From positions 797-64,796 of the forward strand of contig DRHF01000057.1 in NCBI GenBank assembly GCA_011049715.1: a stretch of DNA of 64,000 bases. The letters run 5' to 3'. Both the position numbers and the translations under genes were made by a program. The stretch's first letter is position 1; each line of letters opens with the position of its first letter. Below the pieces are notes generated by a model. That model was not told the origin of the DNA, did not search any database, and saw nothing but the letters and a program-made list of their open reading frames with translations. The DNA is from Desulfobacterales bacterium (lineage in GTDB: Bacteria > Desulfobacterota > Desulfobacteria > Desulfobacterales > UBA2156). Shown in pieces: positions 36,026 through 45,058 of this stretch.

Positions 36026-37037
36026 CCAGTTGAAAACCAACACACCGCTGCTGCGCGTTACCGGACTAAAACGTTATTTTGATGTTTCCGAACCGTTGCT
36101 TAACCGTTTGCTGGAGGGCAAATCCCGCCTGATTCTAAAAGCCGTCATCGGCATTGATTTTAAAATCAACAGGGGGCAGACCTTCGCCCTGGTCGGAGAG
36201 TCGGGATGCGGTAAATCAACGGTGGCCTATCTGGTGGTGGGTCTTTACCAGCCGACAGCGGGAAAAATCGAGTTCGACGGAATCGATGTGGCATCTCTGA
36301 CCAGCCGCGCTCAAATAGCGCTGTTACGCCGGCGAATGGCCATGATTTTCCAGGATCCTTACGCCAGCCTGAACCCGCGCTGGCGAGTGGATGCAATTGT
36401 CGGTGAACCGATCCGGGCCTTTGGTCTGCTAAAAGGAACACAAGCTATTTCCCGGCGTATCGGCGAGTTGCTCACCCAGGTGGGTCTTTCACCTGCCGAC
36501 CGTGAAAAATATCCCCATGAATTTTCGGGCGGGCAACGCCAGCGAATTTCCATTGCCAGGGCGCTGGCCAGCGAGCCCGACTTTATCGTCTGTGACGAAC
36601 CCACGTCTGCCCTGGACGTTTCCGTCCAGGCCCAGATATTGAATTTGATGAAGAACCTTCAGAAAAAATTCGATCTATCCTACCTGTTCATTTCCCATGA
36701 TCTGGCCGTGGTGCGCCATATGGCCGACCGTGTAGGGGTGATGTACCTGGGCCGGCTCTGTGAAGTAGCGCCGGTGGATGCAATCTTTGACTCTCCGCTA
36801 CATCCATACACCCGCCTGCTGTTGGACACCATCCCGGACGTGGAAATGACCGGCCGCGCTACCCAACCGGTTGCCGGCGAAATCCCCAACCCCATTGACC
36901 CGCCGAGCGGCTGTGCCTTCCATCCGCGCTGCCCGAAAACCACAGATAAATGCCGCAGGGAGGGCCCGGAATTGACGACCCTGGATAGTGGGGTGCAGGT
37001 GGCCTGTCATGCGATATCGGCATTTTCCGAAAAGTAA
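36000..37037 (+). CDS. ABC transporter ATP-binding protein (DppF/OppF-like)
   Basis: 345 aa. Walker A GESGCGKST, signature [17 protein letters not shown]. The start could instead be GTG 36012. Confidence 0.9.
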   Translation: MRTKVATPDQLKTNTPLLRVTGLKRYFDVSEPLLNRLLEGKSRLILKAVIGIDFKINRGQTFALVGESGCGKSTVAYLVVGLYQPTAGKIEFDGIDVASLTSRAQIALLRRRMAMIFQDPYASLNPRWRVDAIVGEPIRAFGLLKGTQAISRRIGELLTQVGLSPADREKYPHEFSGGQRQRISIARALASEPDFIVCDEPTSALDVSVQAQILNLMKNLQKKFDLSYLFISHDLAVVRHMADRVGVMYLGRLCEVAPVDAIFDSPLHPYTRLLLDTIPDVEMTGRATQPVAGEIPNPIDPPSGCAFHPRCPKTTDKCRREGPELTTLDSGVQVACHAISAFSEK

Positions 37038-38194
37038 CGTTTAACCGCTTCACTGAAAACCTCGACACCTACTTCCAGTACCGACTCGTCAATATCAAAA
37101 CGCGGGGAATGGAGTGGATAAACGATATCTTTTTTTTGGTTACCGCATCCGATTCGAATGATGGCGCTCGGGCGTTCAATTGAAAAGTAGGCAAAATCTT
37201 CGGCTCCGGTGGAGGGCGAAAGATACTGAACATTCTCTGAACCCAATACAGAGGCCGCTGTTTTATATAGGAATGTTGCTACATCTTTATCGTTGGTGCA
37301 GGCTGATACACCCTCATGAATTTCAAAATCACATGCCACGCCGAAGGTCTTTTCCATTCCTGAAACAATCTCCTTCAACCGTCGGATGACAAAGGTTCGC
37401 GTATCAATGGAAAGGGCTCGAATCGTACCTTCCAGTTGTGCGGATTCAGGAATTACATTGGACACATCTCCCGCAACAAATTTACCCACCGTGAGGACTG
37501 CGGTGTCTGTAGGGCTGATATTTCGACCGATTACGGTTTGAATATGGGTCACAAAAAACGACCCCGCAACAATGGGATCAATCCCCTCGTTGGGCCGTCC
37601 GCCATGGGCGCCTTTTCCCTTGATAAGGAGGGAAAACCGATCGGCCGAAGCATGGCTTTGGCCTTGAAAAATTCCCACCTGCCCGGCGGGCAAATCAGAT
37701 CCCATGTGGCCGGCAATGACGCGATCGACTTTGGGGTTTTCTAAAACCCCTTCTGCTATCATGGCTTTTGCACCAAAAACGCGCTCTTCTGCCGGCTGGA
37801 AAAGAAACTTCACATTCCCTTTCATTTTCGAACCGAATCCGGATTCCACTATTTTTTTGGCAACGCCCAGCATGATCGTCGTGTGTGCATCGTGACCGCA
37901 GGCATGCATCACCCCATCATTGATCGATTTGTACGGGATGTTGTTTAACTCCTGAATGGGTAAGGCATCGATATCCGCTCTGAGGGCAATGGTTGGTCCG
38001 CCACCTGATCCTCTGATCAGACCGACAGCGCCCGACATCTTCTGGAACTTTTGAACTTCGATGTCGAGTCCCTTCAAGATTTCTATGATTTTATTTGTGG
38101 TTCTCTTTTCCTCATGTGAAACTTCAGGATGCATGTGAAAGTCTCGACGAACATCTATCAGCCATTTAAGAAAATCCGGGTTGCTGGGGATCAT
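37007..38194 (-). CDS. M20-family amidohydrolase (N-acyl-amino-acid / hippurate hydrolase type)
   Basis: 395 aa with RRDFHMHPE and MHACGHDAHT blocks. Its 3' end overlaps the convergent dppF-like gene by 31 nt. Confidence 0.85.
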   Translation of the reverse strand: MIPSNPDFLKWLIDVRRDFHMHPEVSHEEKRTTNKIIEILKGLDIEVQKFQKMSGAVGLIRGSGGGPTIALRADIDALPIQELNNIPYKSINDGVMHACGHDAHTTIMLGVAKKIVESGFGSKMKGNVKFLFQPAEERVFGAKAMIAEGVLENPKVDRVIAGHMGSDLPAGQVGIFQGQSHASADRFSLLIKGKGAHGGRPNEGIDPIVAGSFFVTHIQTVIGRNISPTDTAVLTVGKFVAGDVSNVIPESAQLEGTIRALSIDTRTFVIRRLKEIVSGMEKTFGVACDFEIHEGVSACTNDKDVATFLYKTAASVLGSENVQYLSPSTGAEDFAYFSIERPSAIIRIGCGNQKKDIVYPLHSPRFDIDESVLEVGVEVFSEAVKRYFSENADIA

Positions 38195-38235
38195 TGCCGC
38201 TCTCCTTCATAATTTCTAGTTGTTCATATGCAACA

Positions 38236-38335
38236 CTAGTTTCGCACCTGATATTTTAAGGAAAGTTGCATCAGGCATAGGGTAAAAAGAAATTTTTCTG
38301 AAAAAAATTAATGATGAGCGCTTTGACAAACAAAA
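38236..38335 (-). repeat. R1 intergenic repeat, copy 3 (5'-truncated), directly upstream of the amidohydrolase gene
   Basis: The reverse complement reads TTTTGTTTGTCAAAGCGCTCATCATTAATTTTTTTCAGAAAAATTTCTTTTTACCCTATGCCTGATGCAACTTTCCTTAAAATATCAGGTGCGAAACTAG. The box ends about 40 nt before the ATG at 38194. Confidence 0.9.
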
Positions 38336-38512
38336 TAGATATTTCATCCAAAATTCTATTGCAACAATCATTATTTCTCCATCCACTTGATGATGCAAAA
38401 ACGTTTTTTGGATCCGAAAAAGTCCGATTTCGGATCTTAATTTGTCGCTAAACTCAAAAGATGCTATACAGGGTAAAATAAGTTTTGGCTAAATTAAACC
38501 GGGAGGATAATT

Positions 38513-38764
38513 ATGGTGTTTGATCCTGAAAAGGATAAGATTTTAAAAAAATGGCGATGCGAGGAGACCGGACTTGTTATTTCAATCAATCAATATGGAG
38601 ATGGTGATCCAAAACTCCAGATAGGTCCCAGGGTATTTGTAAAAAAAGATGGTACAGAGTCTCAGAGAAAGGCGGGACGTCTTTCGTTGGAGGATTTGTT
38701 GTGGTTTTACGAACTTATTGACGATGTAAGAGATGAACTCATGAGTTTGATAAAACCGGCCTGA
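38513..38764 (+). CDS. small hypothetical protein (possibly PC4/YdbC-like ssDNA-binding fold)
   Basis: 83 aa. SD GGGAGG. LVISINQYGDGDPKLQIGPRVF...KAGRLSLEDLLWF loosely resembles bacterial PC4-like proteins. The function call is weak. Confidence 0.55.
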   Translation: MVFDPEKDKILKKWRCEETGLVISINQYGDGDPKLQIGPRVFVKKDGTESQRKAGRLSLEDLLWFYELIDDVRDELMSLIKPA

Positions 38765-38819
38765 TCCATTATCCAAAGGTTTCAAGCGAACGCCGCCAAT
38801 GCGCGTTGAATTTCTAAAG

Positions 38820-39572
38820 TTAAGACTTTTGTTTCGCAGCCGATTTTGAAGCTCGAATAAAAGAATGGAAAAGTTTTTTTGAAAAAGGATCCTTTTCCCA
38901 GGTCCCTTCCGGATGCCACTGTACCCCGATGACAAAAGATTTTGAGGGGTTTTCAGCCGCCTCGATAAGGCCGTCTTGGGCCCATGTCGTGGCAATCAGA
39001 CTTGACGCTAGATCCTTGATGGCCTGATGATGTCTGCTGTTGACCCGTATTTTTCTTCTTTTGAAAATCGAGTGGAGAACCGTATTTCCATCTATACGGA
39101 CATTGTGGGTATTTACGCGCTTGTCTTTCTTCTGAAGGTGATTAATGCTCTCTCTCACCTGGCTCGGGATGTCCTGGTAGAGCGTTCCCCCTTCCGAGAC
39201 ATTCAGCACCTGGAGCCCTCTACAAATGCCGAGGATCGGAAGATCTTTTTTAAGTGCTATTTTTACTACCGCTAGCTCAGTCAAGTCTACTGCTTCATCG
39301 ATTTCACGCAATCCCGACAGGGGTTCTTCACCGTAAAAATGCGGGTCAACATCCGGCCCGCCGGTTAAAATGACACCATCGAGACGTTCACAAATCGATT
39401 GTAGCGATTCATGGTTTTGAGTTGTAGGAATAAGGATCGGGGCTCCCCCACAATGATGGACAGCGCTGCTGTATTCATCAAAAGTATAGTCCATAAAATG
39501 CCCTGGAGAATTCTGACTCCAGGCGCCTCCGACCACTCTTGAGCATGTAATTCCGATCACCGGCCGCATCAT
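38820..39572 (-). CDS. gamma-glutamyl-GABA hydrolase-like class I glutamine amidotransferase (peptidase C26)
   Basis: Track ORF 38820..39587. I preferred the internal ATG 39572, preceded by AAGGAG. GICRGLQVLNV nucleophile elbow and HHQAI. Confidence 0.8.
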   Translation of the reverse strand: MMRPVIGITCSRVVGGAWSQNSPGHFMDYTFDEYSSAVHHCGGAPILIPTTQNHESLQSICERLDGVILTGGPDVDPHFYGEEPLSGLREIDEAVDLTELAVVKIALKKDLPILGICRGLQVLNVSEGGTLYQDIPSQVRESINHLQKKDKRVNTHNVRIDGNTVLHSIFKRRKIRVNSRHHQAIKDLASSLIATTWAQDGLIEAAENPSKSFVIGVQWHPEGTWEKDPFSKKLFHSFIRASKSAAKQKS

Positions 39573-39893
39573 TTTAGCTCCTTTCATCCCATCAACCCCT
39601 TGCTTAAACTACATGTAAAGGAAAAAATAAAAATTCCTTTGTTTTTGTCTATCCGACATATTATCTTAAACTGAGTCTTTATAACCATCGTTTTATTTCA
39701 GATGGTTGGAATGATGTAAATAACAATTTTTCCGATGCCCTATGCCGTTGCCTTGATGGAACGTTTATTTTGTTTTCATTTTTCACTTGCATTCCTTAAT
39801 GGAATTATATATGTTATTGTTATTTATTTCAAAATCCGGTTTTAACAACATGTTGATATTAAATAAAAACACAACCAACAGGAGGTGACGGGC

Positions 39894-40424
39894 ATAGCTA
39901 TACCAAGGCGACAAAATAGACAAAACCGAACAAATATTAATCAGAGCATAAAAGCAAAAGAGGTGAGAGTCATAGATCCAGAAGGTAACCAGATCGGTAT
40001 TATTCCAACTCACAGAGCGCTTGCAACTGCAGCTGATTTTGGCCTCGATCTGGTGGAAATCTCTCCCACCGCAACCCCACCTGTTTGCAAAATAATGGAT
40101 TATGGTCGGCATAAATATAAAGAGACCAAAAAAAAACAGGAGGCCAAAAAAAAACAGAGTACTTTTCAGGTAAAGGAAATAAAGGTACGCCCAAAAACCG
40201 GAGAGCATGACCTTGAGGTCAAAATTGGTCATATAAAAAAGTTTATTGGGAGAAAAGACAAGGTTAAAGTAACGGTGATTTTCAGGGGGCGTGAAATTAC
40301 ACTTTCCCAGTTCGGTAGGAATTTGCTCGGCAAAATTGCCGAAAAGACTGAAGAGATCGCATTTGTAGAGCAAGAGCCCAAATTTGAGGGACGGACAATG
40401 ATGATGATTTTGGCGCCAAAATAA
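39894..40424 (+). CDS. infC: translation initiation factor IF-3 (probable non-AUG start)
   Basis: The frame of track ORF 39885..40424 has IF3 N- and C-domain blocks (EVRVIDPEGNQIGII, DLVEISP, PPVCKIMDYGRHKY, KEIKVRP). AGGAGG at 39880-39885 overlaps the GTG at 39885. ATA at 39894 has an 8-nt spacing. Confidence 0.85.
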   Translation: MAIPRRQNRQNRTNINQSIKAKEVRVIDPEGNQIGIIPTHRALATAADFGLDLVEISPTATPPVCKIMDYGRHKYKETKKKQEAKKKQSTFQVKEIKVRPKTGEHDLEVKIGHIKKFIGRKDKVKVTVIFRGREITLSQFGRNLLGKIAEKTEEIAFVEQEPKFEGRTMMMILAPK

Positions 40425-40519
40425 TCTGTTTTTGCGCCTTAAACTTTGTTGCAGACAACACACAAATCTGTTGACTTTGAAGATGTTATCAGGTTAGGTA
40501 TAGACGTATCAGGAAAAGT

Positions 40520-40563
40520 GGCGTGAGCTGATAAACGGAGGGTGCTCACGCCATCTATTTTTG
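40520..40563 (+). promoter_or_regulatory. stem-loop with T-tract in the infC-rpmI spacer (attenuator/terminator-like)
   Basis: GGCGTGAGC (40520-40528) / GCTCACGCC (40544-40552), 15-nt loop, then ATCTATTTTTG. 18 nt before the rpmI ATG. Confidence 0.5.
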
Positions 40564-40580
40564 AAAGACAAGGAGAAAAA

Positions 40581-40778
40581 ATGCCAAAGATAAAAACAAA
40601 TCGAGCTGCTGCAAAACGTTTCAGAAAAACAGGTACGGGCAAATTTGTTTTTTCAAAATCCCATGCCAATCATATTTTGACCAAGAAGACCACCAAACGC
40701 AAACGGTCTTTGCGGCAAAGCCAAATACTCAGCAACTCGAACAAAAAAATGATAAAGCTGCTTCTTCCGAACGGATAG
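40581..40778 (+). CDS. rpmI: 50S ribosomal protein L35
   Basis: [22 protein letters not shown].... ATG 40581 lies inside track ORF 40542..40778. SD AAGGAG. Confidence 0.95.
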   Translation: MPKIKTNRAAAKRFRKTGTGKFVFSKSHANHILTKKTTKRKRSLRQSQILSNSNKKMIKLLLPNG

Positions 40779-40803
40779 CGGCCATCTATTTAGGAGTAAG
40801 ATA

Positions 40804-41154
40804 ATGAGAGTCAAAAGGGGTTTCAAAGCAAGAAAACGTCGAAAGAAGGTCTTGGAGCTGGCCAGGGGATTCCGCGGGGGCCGAAGCAAATTATTTCGTA
40901 CAGCCACTGTCGCGGTGGACAAAGCCCTCATGTATGCTTATCGAGATCGCAGGGTGCGAAAGCGTGATTTTCGGCGGCTTTGGATTATCAGGATTAATGC
41001 GGCAGCTCGGATGAATAGCCTCTCTTATAGCAAATTCATGCACGGTATAAAATTGGCCGGTATTGAACTTGACCGTAAAGTTCTTGCGGACCTGGCGATC
41101 TCTGATCCATCCGGGTTTACGCATATCGCCAACCTTGCCGCACAGCAGTTATAA
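40804..41154 (+). CDS. rplT: 50S ribosomal protein L20
   Basis: 116 aa. [25 protein letters not shown].... Confidence 0.95.
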   Translation: MRVKRGFKARKRRKKVLELARGFRGGRSKLFRTATVAVDKALMYAYRDRRVRKRDFRRLWIIRINAAARMNSLSYSKFMHGIKLAGIELDRKVLADLAISDPSGFTHIANLAAQQL

Positions 41155-41223
41155 TCCCGAATAAAAAATAAAAAGCGATTTGTTATTTGAATCCTGATCT
41201 GGTTATCAAAGGTATCACTCAAG

Positions 41224-42231
41224 GTGGGGAAACCAATTGAACAGATAAAAAATGAAGCGTTAAAAGCCATTGACGCTGCATCTGATGTCGAGAGAATAAA
41301 AGTCCTTTCCAACCGTTATTTGGGTCGAAAAGGCGTTGTAACTCATTTTTTGAGAAATATTTCAGCACTTCCCCCTGAAAAAAGATCGGCAGTCGGAAAA
41401 AAAGCAAATGAGATAAAAAGAGGGCTCGATAAAGCTTTCAAAGCTGCCCTGATCCAACTTCAAACACGCGCCCATCCGGCCGATGGTCGGATTGATGTAT
41501 CTTTACCCGGAAGAACAGCAACTCCCGGTTCACTGCATCCCATTACCCAGATTAACGAGGAAATATGTGATATCTTCACGGGTCTGGGTTTTGATATTGC
41601 CGAAGGGCCCGAGGTAGAAACCGATTTTTATAATTTCGAGGCATTAAATATTCCTAAAGACCATCCTGCACGTGATATGCAGGATACTTTTTATGTTTCC
41701 GATAATATCGTTTTGAGGACCCATACCTCACCCGTTCAGATCCGGACCATGGAAAATCAGCTCCCGCCGGTGAGGGTGATTGTGCCAGGAAAAGTATTCC
41801 GCCGTGATTCCGACCTGACGCATACCCCCATGTTCCATCAGGTGGAGGGGCTTTTGGTGGACGAAAACATCTCCTTCGGGGATCTGAAAGGAACGTTGAC
41901 TACTTTTGTGCATCAGATGTTTGATGACCGAACCAGCCTACGGTTCCGACCCAGTTTTTTCCCATTTACCGAACCGAGTGCTGAGGTGGATATTCTTTGT
42001 GTGATGTGCAGAGGTAAAGGTTGCAGAGTTTGTTCCCAGACCGGATGGCTGGAAGTGCTGGGTTCTGGCATGGTTCATCCTGCACTGTTTGAGCAAGTGG
42101 GATATGATACCGATCGCTATAATGGGTTTGCTTTTGGAATGGGTGTTGAACGGATTGCCATGCTGAAGTATGGTATCGACGACATCCGAAAATTTTTTGA
42201 AAATGATTTCAGATTCTTAGCGCAGTTTTGA
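41224..42231 (+). CDS. pheS: phenylalanine--tRNA ligase alpha subunit
   Basis: 335 aa with class II aaRS motifs (FRRDSDLTHTPMFHQVEG, GFAFGMGVERIAM). GTG start. Confidence 0.95.
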   Translation: MGKPIEQIKNEALKAIDAASDVERIKVLSNRYLGRKGVVTHFLRNISALPPEKRSAVGKKANEIKRGLDKAFKAALIQLQTRAHPADGRIDVSLPGRTATPGSLHPITQINEEICDIFTGLGFDIAEGPEVETDFYNFEALNIPKDHPARDMQDTFYVSDNIVLRTHTSPVQIRTMENQLPPVRVIVPGKVFRRDSDLTHTPMFHQVEGLLVDENISFGDLKGTLTTFVHQMFDDRTSLRFRPSFFPFTEPSAEVDILCVMCRGKGCRVCSQTGWLEVLGSGMVHPALFEQVGYDTDRYNGFAFGMGVERIAMLKYGIDDIRKFFENDFRFLAQF

Positions 42232-42232
42232 T

Positions 42233-44647
42233 ATGATAGTTAGCTTAAGTTGGCTGAAAGAATATGTTCCCATTGAAATGGAGGTCCATCGTCTTGCCGA
42301 TGCGTTAACCATGGTGGGGCTGGAAGTTGCATCCATATCAGACCGGTATGATTACATGGACAGCGTTGTTGTGGGAAAACTGAATCAAATCGACCTCTTT
42401 CCGAATGCGGACACGTTGAAGACCTGCCGTGTAGATATCGGCAATCGAATGGTATCAATTGTATGCGGCGCCCCTAACCTCGAAAAAAATATGCTTGTAC
42501 CGGTTGCCCTGCCGGGTACGCTTTTTCCAGATGGATTACTCCTTGAAAAGACAGTTGTTCATGGGGTGACCTCTGAGGGTATGATTTGCAGTGAAAAAGA
42601 ATTGGGACTGGGGACAGATCAAAGCGGTGTTTTGGCCCTCAACCAGCAGTTGTCGGTGGGAGACAAACTCGGGAAGGCGCTTGCGCTTTCAGATACGATT
42701 TTTGATATTGACCTAACCCCGAATAGATCCGATTGTCTTAGCATTCTGGGCATCGCCCGGGAAATAGCGGCAATTCAGAAAACAAAATTAACGTATCCGG
42801 ATATCCATCTTCCCGGTACCGAAAATCATATTTCCAAGTTTACATCCGTTGAAATTGAAGCACCTGACCACTGTCCTCGGTACGCCGCCCGTCTTTTATT
42901 TGATGTTTCTGCAGCACCCTCCCCTTTCTGGCTTCAGGACCGGTTGATTTCAGTGGGGTTAAGACCGATCAATAATATCGTTGACGTGACCAACTTTGTG
43001 CTGATGGAAACCGGTCAACCGCTTCATGCATTTGATTTGGATAGACTGGCAGAAAACAGAATCGTTGTCCGCCTGGCAAAAAAGGGAGAGATTTTTACCG
43101 CCCTCGATCAGAAGGATCGAATTCTCTCTTCCGATACACTGATGATCTGCGACGGAGAGAAGGCGGTCGCCATCGGTGGGGTGATAGGCGGTCTTAACTC
43201 CGAAATCGAAACAAGCACGACCCGGGTCCTGATTGAAAGCGCATACTTCAGCCCGCTCAGCATTCGAAGAACATCAAAAAAACTAAACCTGGCGACAGAG
43301 GCCTCATACCGTTTTGAGCGTGGCGTAGACCCTGAAGGCACCATAAAAGCTCTGGACAGAGCCGCTCAACTTATGACACAAATTAGCGATGGCAAGTTAA
43401 TAGGAGGAATTGTCGATGAATACCCCACGACGATCCCAAAAAAAAGAATCGTTTTGAGTACAAAACAAACCAATCGCCTTCTCGGTACCGACCTCAACAG
43501 GGATGAAATAAACAACTTTTTAAAATCAATCGAATTCAACGTCGAAACGGTTGATAAGGACAATCTGGCGGTGGTTCCGCCTGACTTTAGAGTTGATATC
43601 AAGAGACCGGAAGATGCCATGGAAGAGATTGCGCGTCTTGCCGGTTACAACAACATTCCCACCACCTTCCCTCTGATGCCGACCGATGGAAGGCACCGAA
43701 ATAGGCGTCTGTATTTAAGAAACAGGATCAAACGTCTTATGATCGGCTTCGGCTTTTCGGAGGCGATCAATTACAGTTTTGATGATAGAGAATCATGTGA
43801 CCACCTCGGACTCGGGCCGAAAGATCCGAGGAGAAATTTGGTCGATATTTTAAACCCATTAACCGAAGAACAGGCGGCGATGAGGACTTCCCTAATTCCG
43901 GGTCTGCTTCGGACGGTCCAAGGCAATATCTTCCAGCAGATCAAAAACTTGAAACTGTTTGAAGTCGGCAAAATATTTATCAGCGTCGGCAGGGAAAGCC
44001 TCCCTGATGAAAAAGAGATAGTCGCGATTCTTTGGACAGGAACAAGATCGGATCCGGCATGGCATTCAAAGGAAACACCCTGTGATTTTTTTGACATCAA
44101 AGGGGTCATCGAAGGCCTTTTCAAAGGCTTGAATTTTAAAGATACTGTATTCACCAATATGCCGGACAACGACTGTGATTACACCCGGCCAGGTGAAACC
44201 GCTCAAATTCTTTATAATAATGAACTTATCGGTATGGTGGGCATGGTGGCGACAAGCGTCCTTCAAAATTTCGGGTTGAAGCAAACCGTTTACATTGCCG
44301 AAATCAATCTAGATTCGCTGTTTCCGCTTTTACCTGAGATAAAACAGTCCAAGCCGATTCCAAAATATCCAGCTGTTTATCGGGATTTTACGATTATTGT
44401 CGATAAAGAGGTCGCATCAGGAAAGATACTGGCATGCGTCGAAGACACCCAGGAAAAGCTGGTGGAAAGCACTTTCCTTTTTGACGTTTTCCAAGGCAAT
44501 CCGATTCCCGAAGACAAGAAAAGCATTTCATTTCGAATCACCTATCGATCAACTTCCAGAACGTTGGCGGACGAAGAAGTAAATCAGGTTCATCAAAAAA
44601 TTTCGGGCCGACTGCTGAAATCGTTTGATGCAACGCTACCTGTTTGA
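42233..44647 (+). CDS. pheT: phenylalanine--tRNA ligase beta subunit
   Basis: 804 aa. N-terminal MIVSLSWLKEYV, with tRNA-binding, B3/4, B5 and FDX-ACB domain order. Confidence 0.95.
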   Translation: MIVSLSWLKEYVPIEMEVHRLADALTMVGLEVASISDRYDYMDSVVVGKLNQIDLFPNADTLKTCRVDIGNRMVSIVCGAPNLEKNMLVPVALPGTLFPDGLLLEKTVVHGVTSEGMICSEKELGLGTDQSGVLALNQQLSVGDKLGKALALSDTIFDIDLTPNRSDCLSILGIAREIAAIQKTKLTYPDIHLPGTENHISKFTSVEIEAPDHCPRYAARLLFDVSAAPSPFWLQDRLISVGLRPINNIVDVTNFVLMETGQPLHAFDLDRLAENRIVVRLAKKGEIFTALDQKDRILSSDTLMICDGEKAVAIGGVIGGLNSEIETSTTRVLIESAYFSPLSIRRTSKKLNLATEASYRFERGVDPEGTIKALDRAAQLMTQISDGKLIGGIVDEYPTTIPKKRIVLSTKQTNRLLGTDLNRDEINNFLKSIEFNVETVDKDNLAVVPPDFRVDIKRPEDAMEEIARLAGYNNIPTTFPLMPTDGRHRNRRLYLRNRIKRLMIGFGFSEAINYSFDDRESCDHLGLGPKDPRRNLVDILNPLTEEQAAMRTSLIPGLLRTVQGNIFQQIKNLKLFEVGKIFISVGRESLPDEKEIVAILWTGTRSDPAWHSKETPCDFFDIKGVIEGLFKGLNFKDTVFTNMPDNDCDYTRPGETAQILYNNELIGMVGMVATSVLQNFGLKQTVYIAEINLDSLFPLLPEIKQSKPIPKYPAVYRDFTIIVDKEVASGKILACVEDTQEKLVESTFLFDVFQGNPIPEDKKSISFRITYRSTSRTLADEEVNQVHQKISGRLLKSFDATLPV

Positions 44648-44670
44648 TATTGATTCTGAATTTTAATAAA

Positions 44671-45033
44671 ATGGAAAGTAAAAGACCCCATCAAATAGAT
44701 TTTCCCGATAAACTGTATTACAAAATCGGTGAAGTCAGTGAAATTGCAGATGTCCCCACATATGTCCTCAGGTTCTGGCAAACTGAATTCAAAAAGATAA
44801 AGCCGACGCGAACCCCATCAGGCCAACGGCTTTACAGAAAAAAAGATGTCGATCTGGTCCTTAAAATCAAACATCTTCTTTACAATAAAAAATTCACGAT
44901 TCAGGGTGCAAAACAACACTTGCGCGGTTATGAAAAGGACAGCGAGGAAAAAATCCCCGCTCAAACACTTGATGAAATTCGTTCAGAGCTTGAAAACATC
45001 CGTGCACTGCTTAATAAAGACGATAAAAAATAA
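44671..45033 (+). CDS. MerR family transcriptional regulator
   Basis: ATG 44671 lies within track ORF 44644..45033. YKIGEVSEIADVPTYVLRFWQTEF...RTPSGQRLYRKKDV is a MerR HTH. Confidence 0.85.
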   Translation: MESKRPHQIDFPDKLYYKIGEVSEIADVPTYVLRFWQTEFKKIKPTRTPSGQRLYRKKDVDLVLKIKHLLYNKKFTIQGAKQHLRGYEKDSEEKIPAQTLDEIRSELENIRALLNKDDKK

Positions 45034-45058
45034 ATCGTTTCGCCGCTATTTTCCCCCC

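Noticed and set aside
39783-40463. A 226-aa minus-strand ORF covering the infC locus.
   Set aside because: Its translation is Phe/Leu-rich and low in complexity. It lies opposite a clear IF3 reading frame, so it is an artefact of the AT-rich leader plus the antisense of infC.
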